IMG/VR virus record: IMGVR_UViG_3300028886_000034
Location: 118,081 to 182,080 of that record
Length of the DNA: 64,000 nt
Reading direction: 5' to 3' (one strand)
Source: a virus
Lineage: Duplodnaviria; Heunggongvirae; Uroviricota; Caudoviricetes
Shown: piece after piece, positions 39,487-48,518 of the stretch
Layout: each line of letters begins with the position of its first letter
Position numbering within the stretch: the first letter of the stretch is position 1
The notes under the pieces: generated by a model
Databases searched by the model: none
What the model was told of the DNA's origin: nothing
What the model saw: the letters and a program-made list of their open reading frames with translations, nothing else
Translations under genes and position numbers: made by a program

Positions 39487-39595
39487 CGCTGGAGTAGTCA
39501 TAAGACCTCCAGCAGTATCGGAGGCAGCTACGTTTGTACAGCGTTGAGCAAGGTCAGTAACGGAGTAATTCGTTGCGTAAGAACCTGCATGTCAG

Positions 39596-39874
39596 AATAG
39601 TGAGTGGATTGGCTGGAAAGTTGGAGATGGATCCTCTTCAAGTGGCTCAAGTAATATTCTTATAAATGAAGAAGAAGTACCACCTACAAGTTTTGATGGT
39701 GAACTTCATATCTTTGTAGAGTCTACTGAAGAAATACCTATCGATGAAGAAGATGAACCTGAAGAAGAACCAGAAATAAGTTTATCTGGATTAACTATTA
39801 ACTCTGATTCATCTAATATCACATCAACAGATTCAGATCTAATTATCTTAAAAGATACTAGATTTAATAGCTAG
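39596..39874 (+). CDS. Tail collar/fibre protein exon 2 of 2 (92 aa), not in ORF track
   Basis: In frame after the intron terminal G (NSEWIGWKVGDG...RFNS*). Restores a GxxWxG motif like that of the 16635 protein. Confidence 0.8.
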   Translation, partial: NSEWIGWKVGDGSSSSGSSNILINEEEVPPTSFDGELHIFVESTEEIPIDEEDEPEEEPEISLSGLTINSDSSNITSTDSDLIILKDTRFNS

Positions 39875-39881
39875 GTGAACT

Positions 39882-40412
39882 ATGGGAACTCTTAGGCATA
39901 TGACTGATTATATCCTTCCAGATATTTCATCTGGTTGGGATGAAAAAAAGAAAAATACTGTTAAGTTAGATAATGAAAGATTAGTAGTTACTTCAGATGG
40001 CTTTTTTATTCATGAAGAAGATGAACCTGAACATGATTATCCTCATGTAGTTTTTATTGATGATGTTTTTGATGAAGAAACTGGATATACTATGGCTTAT
40101 AATGCTAAAGTAGGTACTGTTATTCCTATATTAGAATCAGCTTATGATAGATATAAAAATGAATGGCTAATATGTGATGGAAAAACTTATTTTAAAAAAG
40201 ACTACCCTATGCTTTTTAATGTTATTAAGAATGTATTCTATAATGAAAATGCTATTGGGGATGAAATTCCAGTTTATATTTGTGAGTTTACTTTACCTTT
40301 ATTAAAGCCTAGAAAACTTAATAGTCTTAGTGATGAAAAAGTTATTTGGATTATAAAAGCAAAAAGAAGAGAGCAAGGAAATCATTATCTTAAGGATGAT
40401 GATAGAATATAG
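39882..40412 (+). CDS. Protein with tail-collar-like domain
   Basis: VGTVIP, WLICDGKT...DYPMLF, FTLP.L. Confidence 0.65.
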   Translation: MGTLRHMTDYILPDISSGWDEKKKNTVKLDNERLVVTSDGFFIHEEDEPEHDYPHVVFIDDVFDEETGYTMAYNAKVGTVIPILESAYDRYKNEWLICDGKTYFKKDYPMLFNVIKNVFYNENAIGDEIPVYICEFTLPLLKPRKLNSLSDEKVIWIIKAKRREQGNHYLKDDDRI

Positions 40413-40455
40413 AAAAAGAAACCCCAGCCTTATTATAGGACTTACGGGTTAGAAA

Positions 40456-40647
40456 CTATTCTTGAAGTAGTTCCGTAGTTTCTACGTAATATTCTACAGA
40501 ATTATCCTTCCTTTTTTCTAGTTGTTTTTCTTTGATCCATTTTTCCGCGACCTCTTTTGAAGTAAATGAAGCTTGTGGGAAAAATCCGTCCCACCCGGCA
40601 TCGGTGTAACATCTTTGAATTTTCACAACCGTGTAGATTTTCATCAC
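40456..40647 (-). CDS. Hypothetical protein
   Basis: 63-aa ORF with AGGAGG RBS. Confidence 0.6.
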   Translation of the reverse strand: MMKIYTVVKIQRCYTDAGWDGFFPQASFTSKEVAEKWIKEKQLEKRKDNSVEYYVETTELLQE

Positions 40648-40962
40648 AAATCCCTCCTAAGGATTTCTGGCCTTATTACGTAGGATAGCCAGATGGTGAT
40701 GAATATTGACTATCTTAATCTTGGAGGAAATGAACCTATCCCTAGTTCAAGTCCTCGATAGTCATTGCTAATATATATATATATGACTGAATTTAAAATT
40801 AATATTGAAACTATCTATCTCACAGATGCTGAGGTAGATAGTTATTTTATTATATATCTCGAACAAATAAGAGAACAATAAGAGAGCACTTATTAGGGGT
40901 GCAGTATAAATTTATAATAATTCCTTTTTGGGATTGAGCCAAAAAAGGAGGAGAAAGGAGAC

Positions 40963-41415
40963 ATGTTTAAGAGTAAATTTATTTTATTTAAGTCGTTAGC
41001 TGGTAATATTATCAATTATTTTAACTCCAATAAGACTGGATGTGAAGTCGGTCAATTGGAGAAACCAAAAAAATCATTTGAGTTTAGTAATTTAGTTCGA
41101 AGAATACTATTATTTATTTTCACTGGTCAATGGATATGGATGATGTGGGTAAGTGAGAGAATGTATATTAAGAATGGGGATATAGGTGATAACTGGACAA
41201 AGTTATTGATATCAATTGTAGGTATGATGTCAGTTATATTAGGATTTTACTTTAGTGGTCAATATTCAGATAGAAACAGTGAGGAATTTAAGAAACTTAA
41301 AGAATACGATAATGATAGAATGGATGAGTATAATGAGGAAAAGAAAGAAAGTGACGAAGAGGTTGAAGTAACTCCTAAAGCTATATTAGAGGAGGATGAA
41401 GAAGATAATGCTTAA
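40963..41415 (+). CDS. Two-TM membrane protein (possible holin)
   Basis: Two hydrophobic helices and a charged C-terminal tail; AAGGAG RBS. Confidence 0.5.
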   Translation: MFKSKFILFKSLAGNIINYFNSNKTGCEVGQLEKPKKSFEFSNLVRRILLFIFTGQWIWMMWVSERMYIKNGDIGDNWTKLLISIVGMMSVILGFYFSGQYSDRNSEEFKKLKEYDNDRMDEYNEEKKESDEEVEVTPKAILEEDEEDNA

Positions 41416-42211
41416 TTCTATTTTCAATTGGCTGACTAGATATTTAGGAAAACATTTTAGTATAGTTACTATTATATTAGTATTAACTGCATCCTGCTCT
41501 TATTTAGGAATTAAGGCTGAGGATATCTATAATTGGTATCAGGGAGATACTACTAAATTAATAGTTATACTGATTGTCAGTACATTTTTAGCTAGTTTAA
41601 TAGGATTTTATTTTTTAGATAATCATTTAAGAACAATTAAAGAAGTAGTTAACAGTAGTAAGGAGTTACTTAATGAAGTTAGTAAAACCGAAGATAGTAT
41701 ACATACAGAGGATAAAGAAATTAGTAACAAGTTAAGTTCAATAATAAGGGCTATTGGAGATAGTAGTGCTGCAGTTATATTATTAGTCAGATTGAGTATT
41801 GAAGCAGTTGCTCAAAATATTTCATTAGCAGTAGAACCTTATTTAGAATTAGATGAGAAGTTAAGTCATTTACAGCAGCAGTCTTTATTAGAAAAGTTTG
41901 ATGAAGTTAAGAAGTCTTTATTTATAGAGATATCGTATTTTATTAAGAGATTCTATGGAGAGAAATTAAGAACAGTCGTTGTTAATGAGCCTATTAAAGT
42001 AGCTATGAGGGGTGCATTTAATAAATGCTATGAAGAAGTTAGTGAAGTTTTAAACAATATTGAGCTTTCAGCTTCAGATAAAATTGCTGAAGTGAATCAA
42101 TGCTCATTTAGATTAGTTAAGTCTTTATACATGTCAATACTGAATGAGGAGTATGACATAGTAAAGGCTAAACATATGGAAGGAGCTGCTAAAGTTGCCA
42201 GGGGTAGCTAG
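41396..42211 (+). CDS. Membrane protein (two N-terminal TMs plus helical domain)
   Basis: Hydrophobic segments FSIVTIILVLTASC and LIVILIVSTFLASLIGFYFL. Confidence 0.65.
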   Translation: MKKIMLNSIFNWLTRYLGKHFSIVTIILVLTASCSYLGIKAEDIYNWYQGDTTKLIVILIVSTFLASLIGFYFLDNHLRTIKEVVNSSKELLNEVSKTEDSIHTEDKEISNKLSSIIRAIGDSSAAVILLVRLSIEAVAQNISLAVEPYLELDEKLSHLQQQSLLEKFDEVKKSLFIEISYFIKRFYGEKLRTVVVNEPIKVAMRGAFNKCYEEVSEVLNNIELSASDKIAEVNQCSFRLVKSLYMSILNEEYDIVKAKHMEGAAKVARGS

Positions 42212-42491
42212 ACTGGGAGATTCTTGTACATGGCATGGGTGTTATCCTCCAAGAAAGAATGTTCAAGGTAGTCCTAATGTTTTTGTAAATGGACTCGCTG
42301 TTCATAGACAAGGGGATGCTTGGGCATCACATACCTGAATACATAAACCTTATGATTCTCATGATGGGAAGTTGGAGAAGGGTTCTTCAACAGTCTATGT
42401 CAATGGTAGACAAATGGGGTACATTGGAGCACCAATAGATTGTGGTAGCTCAGTATCATCAGGTTCTTCAAATGTATTTGTAGGAGTGTGA
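42195..42491 (+). CDS. PAAR spike-tip protein (T4 gp5.4-like) with in-frame TGA at codon 48
   Basis: Not in ORF track. TTG start after AGGAG: MPGVARLGD..GHGC-like start, GSPNVFVNG..VHRQGD, SHT*IHKPYDSHDG, GSSTVYVNG, GAPIDCGS..SGSSNVFVG. 98 aa if the TGA at 42336-42338 is read through. Confidence 0.8.
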
Positions 42492-42498
42492 GGGTTAT

Positions 42499-42897
42499 AT
42501 GGCTTTATTTGGATGTTTACCTGAAAAAGGTAAAAATGGAGATTTTAAAACTTATGAAGGTTTGGAAGTAATAATGCAGTCTATTTATGTTATTTTAAAT
42601 ACGCCTAAAGGAAGTAGAGTATGGCAGCCAGAATTTGGTTGTGGAGTAATGGAGTATATCTGGGATCTAGCAGACGACAAAACTGTTTCTAAAATGCAGT
42701 CTGAAATAGAAAGTGCATTGGCTAGATGGGAGCCTAGAATTGGAGTTAAGTCTGTTACAGTTAATTTAAATCCTTATAAACAGGGAGTAGTTGATGTTGA
42801 CATAGATTTTAGTTATGCTGGAAAAGACTATAGTAAAAGTTTATCTATGTCTACTACTAATAGTAGTGAATTAACAGTATATAAGATGCATTATTAA
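42499..42897 (+). CDS. Baseplate wedge protein (gp25/GPW-like)
   Basis: ILNTPKGSRVWQPEFGC and ALARWEPRI. Confidence 0.9.
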   Translation: MALFGCLPEKGKNGDFKTYEGLEVIMQSIYVILNTPKGSRVWQPEFGCGVMEYIWDLADDKTVSKMQSEIESALARWEPRIGVKSVTVNLNPYKQGVVDVDIDFSYAGKDYSKSLSMSTTNSSELTVYKMHY

Positions 42898-42912
42898 AGA
42901 AGAATTAAAAAT

Positions 42913-42947
42913 AAAAAGAGTAACCCAACATGGGTTACTCTTTTTTT
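42913..42947. terminator. Bidirectional intrinsic terminator
   Basis: AAAAAGAGTAACCCA-ACA-TGGGTTACTCTTTTTTT. Confidence 0.85.
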
Positions 42948-42956
42948 AATGTAATT

Positions 42957-43271
42957 TTAATATAGTGGATTATACTCTCTATCAATTATATGTAGCTTAG
43001 CTATTTCAAAATAGATTTTATGATTCACACTAAGATCAGTTGCAATTAGAAGATAGTCTGAGCTGATAGTGTATTTAATTTTTTTATACAAAGAAGTAAA
43101 ATCGACCGCAGAACTTCTAAGTACATCGTATACTCCAGTATAATATCCTCTAAGAATATTGATATTATCTGTACCAATTAATTCCACTAGCTCTTTTAAT
43201 TCCTTGGTATCTTTTTGAAATATAAAATCTTGAAGATCAACATTTCTGCAAATATTTTCCATTAAATCCAT
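42957..43271 (-). CDS. Hypothetical protein
   Basis: 104-aa ORF with AAGGAG RBS. Confidence 0.65.
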   Translation of the reverse strand: MDLMENICRNVDLQDFIFQKDTKELKELVELIGTDNINILRGYYTGVYDVLRSSAVDFTSLYKKIKYTISSDYLLIATDLSVNHKIYFEIAKLHIIDREYNPLY

Positions 43272-43283
43272 AGATTGTTCTCC

Positions 43284-43412
43284 TTATTTATACAAGATAA
43301 AGCTAATAATACCAACTACCATAGAAGTAAGAAATAAATCATTAAGAATGTTTTCAACAGATTTCCAGAAAAGATATTGACTACCATAGTATGCCATTTT
43401 TATAGTCTTCAT
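43284..43412 (-). CDS. Small membrane protein (42 aa), not in ORF track
   Basis: GGGAGG RBS; MKTIKMAYYG...MVVGIISFILYK. Confidence 0.45.
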   Translation of the reverse strand: MKTIKMAYYGSQYLFWKSVENILNDLFLTSMVVGIISFILYK

Positions 43413-43425
43413 AGTTATATCCTCC

Positions 43426-43803
43426 CTATTTAGACCAATCAAGATAATTAATAAGATTTAGACCAAGAGTTTCTTTAACAAGTTCATCTACATACTCTGT
43501 CCCAAATCTATTAATCATCCACATTCTAAAATCTATTTTATAGTTTTTATTTTCTGAACTAGCCCAATCAATAATAGTGTATCCATCAAAATCTTCTAGT
43601 TCATAATTAGTATCAATAGTTTCATCTTTACCATCATCACCTTCCCATCCATTTTCTTTGACAGTAATTGAGATAAATTCAGAATCAAAGTTAGCATCGT
43701 CATGCCAAACTTCAAGATCCTTTACAAGACCTTTACCAAATACATATTCATGAAGTTCAATCAATTCTTCTTTTGTAAGCTTATTCAACCATTTAGTACT
43801 CAT
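43426..43803 (-). CDS. Hypothetical protein
   Basis: 125-aa ORF with GGAGG RBS. Confidence 0.7.
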   Translation of the reverse strand: MSTKWLNKLTKEELIELHEYVFGKGLVKDLEVWHDDANFDSEFISITVKENGWEGDDGKDETIDTNYELEDFDGYTIIDWASSENKNYKIDFRMWMINRFGTEYVDELVKETLGLNLINYLDWSK

Positions 43804-43820
43804 AAAAATATCCTCCTTTG

Positions 43821-44318
43821 TTATCCCCTGTTATACCCTACTAAACAATCTGCTTGAAATTCCAAATACTGTTGCTCCTCATCTAACCAATGTTGAAACT
43901 CCTTTCTAAACTTAATAAACTTTTTAACACCATACCTATTAGTGAACATCCCTATACCTTCATATCCATTACTCTTTTGTTTTTTAATTTTATCTGTAGA
44001 GATACTAAATATATAACATAATAGTGATGGAGAAACAGTACTAACTGAATAATTTTCAAAGGAAGCTTCTTTTAGAGTTTTAAGGAAATTTAGAATAAAT
44101 TTATATTTACCTGTAATTTCCAAGTATTCAATGAGTTCATTTAGAGTATACCCGGTTTCAAATCTATCTTCAAATGAACACATTATAGTATACCTGAGTT
44201 GATCATATTGCTTAAAAGGCATTTTTAGCCAACCGTTTCTAGTCATTCCCATATATGGATTACAAATGCCAATTGATCTTAATGCTTGATTGATGCAATA
44301 TGAATTAAGCTTGGACAT
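43821..44318 (-). CDS. Hypothetical protein
   Basis: Start moved to ATG 44318 after AAGGAG (the track start 44426 overlaps the upstream gene). Confidence 0.6.
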   Translation of the reverse strand: MSKLNSYCINQALRSIGICNPYMGMTRNGWLKMPFKQYDQLRYTIMCSFEDRFETGYTLNELIEYLEITGKYKFILNFLKTLKEASFENYSVSTVSPSLLCYIFSISTDKIKKQKSNGYEGIGMFTNRYGVKKFIKFRKEFQHWLDEEQQYLEFQADCLVGYNRG

Positions 44319-44514
44319 TATTATATTTCTCCTTCCATTTCTTTTGTAGTTCTGTAACCTCTTTCCAATATGGATAATCTGGATATTTCTTTTTAAAGTT
44401 GTGTAAATCTGATTCCCTGAAATCATATATTACATCATACGTACTTTCTGAAAGTTTTAGTTTAAGAACATCAAATCCAGACCAGTATTTGTACATATTA
44501 TTATCAATAAGCAC
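44305..44514 (-). CDS. Hypothetical protein
   Basis: 69-aa ORF in a co-oriented cluster. Confidence 0.55.
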   Translation of the reverse strand: MLIDNNMYKYWSGFDVLKLKLSESTYDVIYDFRESDLHNFKKKYPDYPYWKEVTELQKKWKEKYNNVQA

Positions 44515-44527
44515 ACTAACATCCCTT

Positions 44528-44743
44528 TCAGATTAAATTAATAGCCATCTTTATATGCTTTAAATCAATAGAGCCATTTAACAACTTATATTCTGGTTTA
44601 AAATACTCATCATAGCTCATTGGAAGGATACTATATGAGCTAAACATAGTTTTAGTTTTATAGAATCTGTATGTATCATATATACAAGTATAATTATTAA
44701 TACCATTATATTGGTGAAAAGATGTTTGAAATACTCCAGGCAT
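44528..44743 (-). CDS. Hypothetical protein
   Basis: 71-aa ORF in a co-oriented cluster. Confidence 0.55.
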   Translation of the reverse strand: MPGVFQTSFHQYNGINNYTCIYDTYRFYKTKTMFSSYSILPMSYDEYFKPEYKLLNGSIDLKHIKMAINLI

Positions 44744-45040
44744 TTAATTATTATCCCTCATATCTATACTATAGCTATAATCAAAATTTTTATTAGTATT
44801 TAAATCTGATGTAATAGTTGCTTTATTCATCAAATAATTAAATACAATGTTTAGTTTAGTAACATCTTCTTTATTACAAACATTAATATCAATAGGGGTA
44901 TACCCATCATTTCCTATAAAATTAAACCTTACTTTAATTGGACTACTATAATTGACCATATTTAGATACTTTTCTTCAATAGCTCTATTCTTATCCAAGA
45001 TAGATTCTATTGCACTACTGTAATCTCCAAAAAGCCCCAT
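44744..45040 (-). CDS. Hypothetical protein
   Basis: 98-aa ORF with GGAGG RBS. Confidence 0.65.
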   Translation of the reverse strand: MGLFGDYSSAIESILDKNRAIEEKYLNMVNYSSPIKVRFNFIGNDGYTPIDINVCNKEDVTKLNIVFNYLMNKATITSDLNTNKNFDYSYSIDMRDNN

Positions 45041-45058
45041 AGTATATTACCTCCTTAT

Positions 45059-45283
45059 TTAAATAACAGATATGTTAAAATGGTAGTGCCCTGATGGTGT
45101 TTCACAATGAAAAATTTTCATAAGGTTTTTTATTAGAACTCGATCTTCATAAAATCTCCTAGATATTGTAAATGTTTCATAGTAACATCTATAAAGACCT
45201 AAATCCAAGTTATCAATAAGTGTAACTCCGAAAGTATAATTTAAAATAGTTAAACCCATCTGATATACCCTTTTTTTAAACAA
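45059..45283 (-). CDS. Hypothetical protein
   Basis: 74-aa ORF; start uncertain. Confidence 0.45.
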   Translation of the reverse strand: MFKKRVYQMGLTILNYTFGVTLIDNLDLGLYRCYYETFTISRRFYEDRVLIKNLMKIFHCETPSGHYHFNISVI

Positions 45284-45557
45284 CTTGAATCCATAGCCTA
45301 AAACAGTTTGACTTATATTCAGTAATTAACAGCTCGTTTAACTGCTCGTTCAGTCGTTCAGTTTCTTCTTGCCTATTACGTATATTAATATAAAATGTTG
45401 AATAATATTCTAAAGCCTTACTTACATGAATAACCGCAGTATACAAAAAACCTTTGTGATTATATACTCCCAATATCACTTTATTGACCCTCCTAACTTT
45501 ACTTAAACTGACTGACAGACTAAAATACAATAATATAATATATATACAAAGATCCAC
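45276..45557 (-). CDS. Hypothetical protein
   Basis: 93-aa ORF; start uncertain. Confidence 0.4.
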   Translation of the reverse strand: MDLCIYIILLYFSLSVSLSKVRRVNKVILGVYNHKGFLYTAVIHVSKALEYYSTFYINIRNRQEETERLNEQLNELLITEYKSNCFRLWIQVV

Positions 45558-45644
45558 TTAGGAATCTGAACAAATAATAGCATTGACTTTGACTTAGGTC
45601 AAGTCTTTTTTTTATCTTTATTATAAAAGGAGAGATTATATACT

Positions 45645-46307
45645 ATGTGGGATACACCAGATGTAGCAGATCATATTAATGAAAGAACTGACTATAGAAT
45701 GCATAATCTCTTTGAAAAACTTATTATAAATGCTGAGCAAGAATATATTGGTGATTATAAGTATGATACTACTGGAGAGTCTATAACTAAGTTAGAAATA
45801 TATGACGTATCTTGTCCGGCTCTTATGGAAAAATATGAAGAGCTTAGAGATATGGCTTACACATATGAGATGGACTTTAAGGATAATTATACAACACCTA
45901 CAATAGCATATGACCAGTATCAAAATGTTACTTTAAATAGTTTAATTCTTTTAATGAATAGAATGTACTCTAATGCAGATTTTGTAATGGATTCATCTGA
46001 AGAATACAAGATGTTAGAACCTAATGATGTTACTAATCTTATATTAAGAATAGATGACCAGAATGCACAAGCAGTTAATGAAGTAACTGATGCTGATGAA
46101 TATGCCCAGCATTTAAAAGAGATTTCACAAAAAAGAGATGACCATGATCCTATTTTAGATAGATTGTTTAGCAATAGATTTAATAAAGAACTTAAGGATG
46201 TTGAAAGTACTTTAGGATATAAACAATTAGTTCATGAAATAGGTGAAGATGAAGTTAAGAAAAGAATCATGAAATTAACATCTTATTATAAAAAGAAAGG
46301 AGACTGA
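45645..46307 (+). CDS. Hypothetical protein
   Basis: 220-aa ORF with AAGGAG RBS; first gene of the operon leading to the terminase. Confidence 0.75.
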   Translation: MWDTPDVADHINERTDYRMHNLFEKLIINAEQEYIGDYKYDTTGESITKLEIYDVSCPALMEKYEELRDMAYTYEMDFKDNYTTPTIAYDQYQNVTLNSLILLMNRMYSNADFVMDSSEEYKMLEPNDVTNLILRIDDQNAQAVNEVTDADEYAQHLKEISQKRDDHDPILDRLFSNRFNKELKDVESTLGYKQLVHEIGEDEVKKRIMKLTSYYKKKGD

Positions 46308-46309
46308 TT

Positions 46310-47299
46310 ATGTATAAGGGAATCAATTCTAGTCCAACTGATTTAATACCAGGATTAACAATACCTATATTACAATCAGTTCCAAATCAAAGTATTCCAT
46401 TAAGAAGCAATTTTTCTACAGATGTAAACTTTAATATATATGAGTCTAAAATTTACAGTAATACATCTATACTTTATAAGAACTTCTTAAATTGGGAAAA
46501 AGTGTTTATGATAAAGTTACCTAATCAGTTATCTGCTCTACCTGCTCTTATAACTAATGATGGTAAAATTTGTTTAAATATGACCGCAGCTACTATACAT
46601 CAAAATTTAGCTAAACAAACGATTGTAATTGAAGATGCTAATGATTTTAGTGCATCAGTTTTATATGGTTTGAACATGATTATATTATTAACTAAGAATG
46701 ACCCTACTTTATTAAGTAGTGCTTTCCATGGTATAGTAGACTTCATTTATTCATTATTAACCAGAATATATGCTAGAGAAATAGACTTTAGTAAAATAGA
46801 AGAACAAGATATTGCTAATATGTACTGTGCAGTGGCTAAGATGGTTATTATAAATTATCTTGGTTTAGAAGGAACTAATGTTAATGGAGTTGCAAGAACT
46901 TTAACTCATTATTTCTTTACTCATGATACTAGGGGTAAAATAAATTATGATACTGCTCTTTTACCAATTACGCCAGATATAGAAATCAATACTTGGAATA
47001 GTATGTTTGAATACTTCAATACTCAATCAATATTACCGTCAACTTCTTTAAGTGATTTTAGAGATAAAGTTATTCAACAGTTAGGTTTAACTGGTTTACT
47101 TTGTATGAGCAATGGTTTATCATTTGCTTCAATGTTATTAACCTGTAGATTACCTTCAAATATCTTTAATCAAAATGTTATTAAAGTTAAACCACAAGCT
47201 ACTAATGATTTGTTTAGTAATGTTCTGCATGTATTAACTAAAGAGCAAATGAAACAAAGAGAAACTGAAAAGATTGGTGGCCTTTTAAATGGCTATTAA
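46310..47299 (+). CDS. Hypothetical protein
   Basis: 329-aa ORF with AAGGAG RBS. Confidence 0.75.
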   Translation: MYKGINSSPTDLIPGLTIPILQSVPNQSIPLRSNFSTDVNFNIYESKIYSNTSILYKNFLNWEKVFMIKLPNQLSALPALITNDGKICLNMTAATIHQNLAKQTIVIEDANDFSASVLYGLNMIILLTKNDPTLLSSAFHGIVDFIYSLLTRIYAREIDFSKIEEQDIANMYCAVAKMVIINYLGLEGTNVNGVARTLTHYFFTHDTRGKINYDTALLPITPDIEINTWNSMFEYFNTQSILPSTSLSDFRDKVIQQLGLTGLLCMSNGLSFASMLLTCRLPSNIFNQNVIKVKPQATNDLFSNVLHVLTKEQMKQRETEKIGGLLNGY

Positions 47300-48518
47300 T
47301 ACTTATGATAGCACTGGATATACTATTGACGCTAAAATTACTTTAGGCTTAAATAAAGATAAAATTACTTTAGATATCAGTAGATATGTAACTAATATAA
47401 GTTATAGCTTTACTAATTTTGAGTTATTACCTGAACTAGAATTAAATTATCTTTTAGATATTAAGTATGCTAACTTAGTATCATTACCATATGAACTGGA
47501 TTTAACTATAATTGAAAAAGGTGGTAATTCTGGTAAAGATATACCTAGGGGACAAATTAAAGGTAAGTTTGTATGTTTTCCTGAATCAACTGAAATAACT
47601 AATAAAAGTAATGATGCTAATGATACTATTAGATTACCTATTGACCATGTGTTTTTTCCTAAAGATTTGATATCTTTACTTAATTCAGAAATAAGTTTAA
47701 GTTCTAGCGGTAATATATCATCAATACTTACTAAACTGTTTAAAACAGCTAGAAAGAGTGGAGGAGTTAGTTTAAAGTTAGGTAAACTAAATACTACTCA
47801 AATTAACAACTTAGCTTTAACTAGAAATAAGTTTCATTCACACTTAGTATACTTATATAATACATATGGATTTACTAATCAAAGCCCTATTTGGTATGCA
47901 GACTTTAATAACATTTATGTTCAAAGTGTCAATGATACCTTAGTTGGAGATAGTACTCCAATTACATTATATTTTGACCAAGATAATACTAATAAGAATT
48001 ATACTATAGATAACCATTATTATTTATTAAGAACCCCTCCCGCTATAGATACTGACTTACCAAGTAGAACATTAGAGTATTCTAAAGATGTAGTATTGCT
48101 GTTACATCCTAGAACTACTATTTATAAAAAGAAAACCTTAGACCTAAAGAAACTGGCTCAAAAAGATAAAACTATTTCAAAAACAGATAACTATAAATAC
48201 TTTGATCAGATTAAAAAAACTAAAACAAGATTAATAGCTGGAAACGATAATATTTTAACTAAACAAAACGCATTGAGTGCAGATGTATCTTATAATTTAA
48301 TAACTAGTTGTAATATAATTGACCCAATGATTATAACTGATTTTGTTATAGGAAGAAAAGTTAAATATGATACATCTATAACTGATTTCTTTGGTTTTGA
48401 AATGACTGGGTATATTATAAGCAGTACTATTAGTTTAGCTAGTAATAATGGAGTTAAATGGGATGGTATTTGTTCTTTAGAAATAGCAAATACATCAACA
48501 GGAGGTGTATTAAAATGA
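47289..48518 (+). CDS. Hypothetical protein, possibly baseplate hub/tail-related
   Basis: 409-aa beta-rich ORF; C-terminus 'IGRKV.Y...GYIISSTI' loosely resembles hub proteins. Confidence 0.55.
   Translation: MAINTYDSTGYTIDAKITLGLNKDKITLDISRYVTNISYSFTNFELLPELELNYLLDIKYANLVSLPYELDLTIIEKGGNSGKDIPRGQIKGKFVCFPESTEITNKSNDANDTIRLPIDHVFFPKDLISLLNSEISLSSSGNISSILTKLFKTARKSGGVSLKLGKLNTTQINNLALTRNKFHSHLVYLYNTYGFTNQSPIWYADFNNIYVQSVNDTLVGDSTPITLYFDQDNTNKNYTIDNHYYLLRTPPAIDTDLPSRTLEYSKDVVLLLHPRTTIYKKKTLDLKKLAQKDKTISKTDNYKYFDQIKKTKTRLIAGNDNILTKQNALSADVSYNLITSCNIIDPMIITDFVIGRKVKYDTSITDFFGFEMTGYIISSTISLASNNGVKWDGICSLEIANTSTGGVLK

Larger units (their letters stand above)
37957..39595 (+). mobile_element. Group I intron 4 carrying tnpB (IStron-like, no tnpA)
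   Basis: Core: GAATTACGGGAAA 38013, AATCCGTAG 38077, GTTCAACGACTA 38110, GAAGATATAGTCT 38196. P1: exon TGGT / GCCA 37974. P9.0: GGCATG 38210 / CATGTC 39588, then AG. Ends GTCAG. Confidence 0.9.

Noticed and set aside
40735-40765. tRNA suggested by GTTCAAGTC (T-loop-like)
   Set aside because: Flanks do not form a T-stem or cloverleaf.
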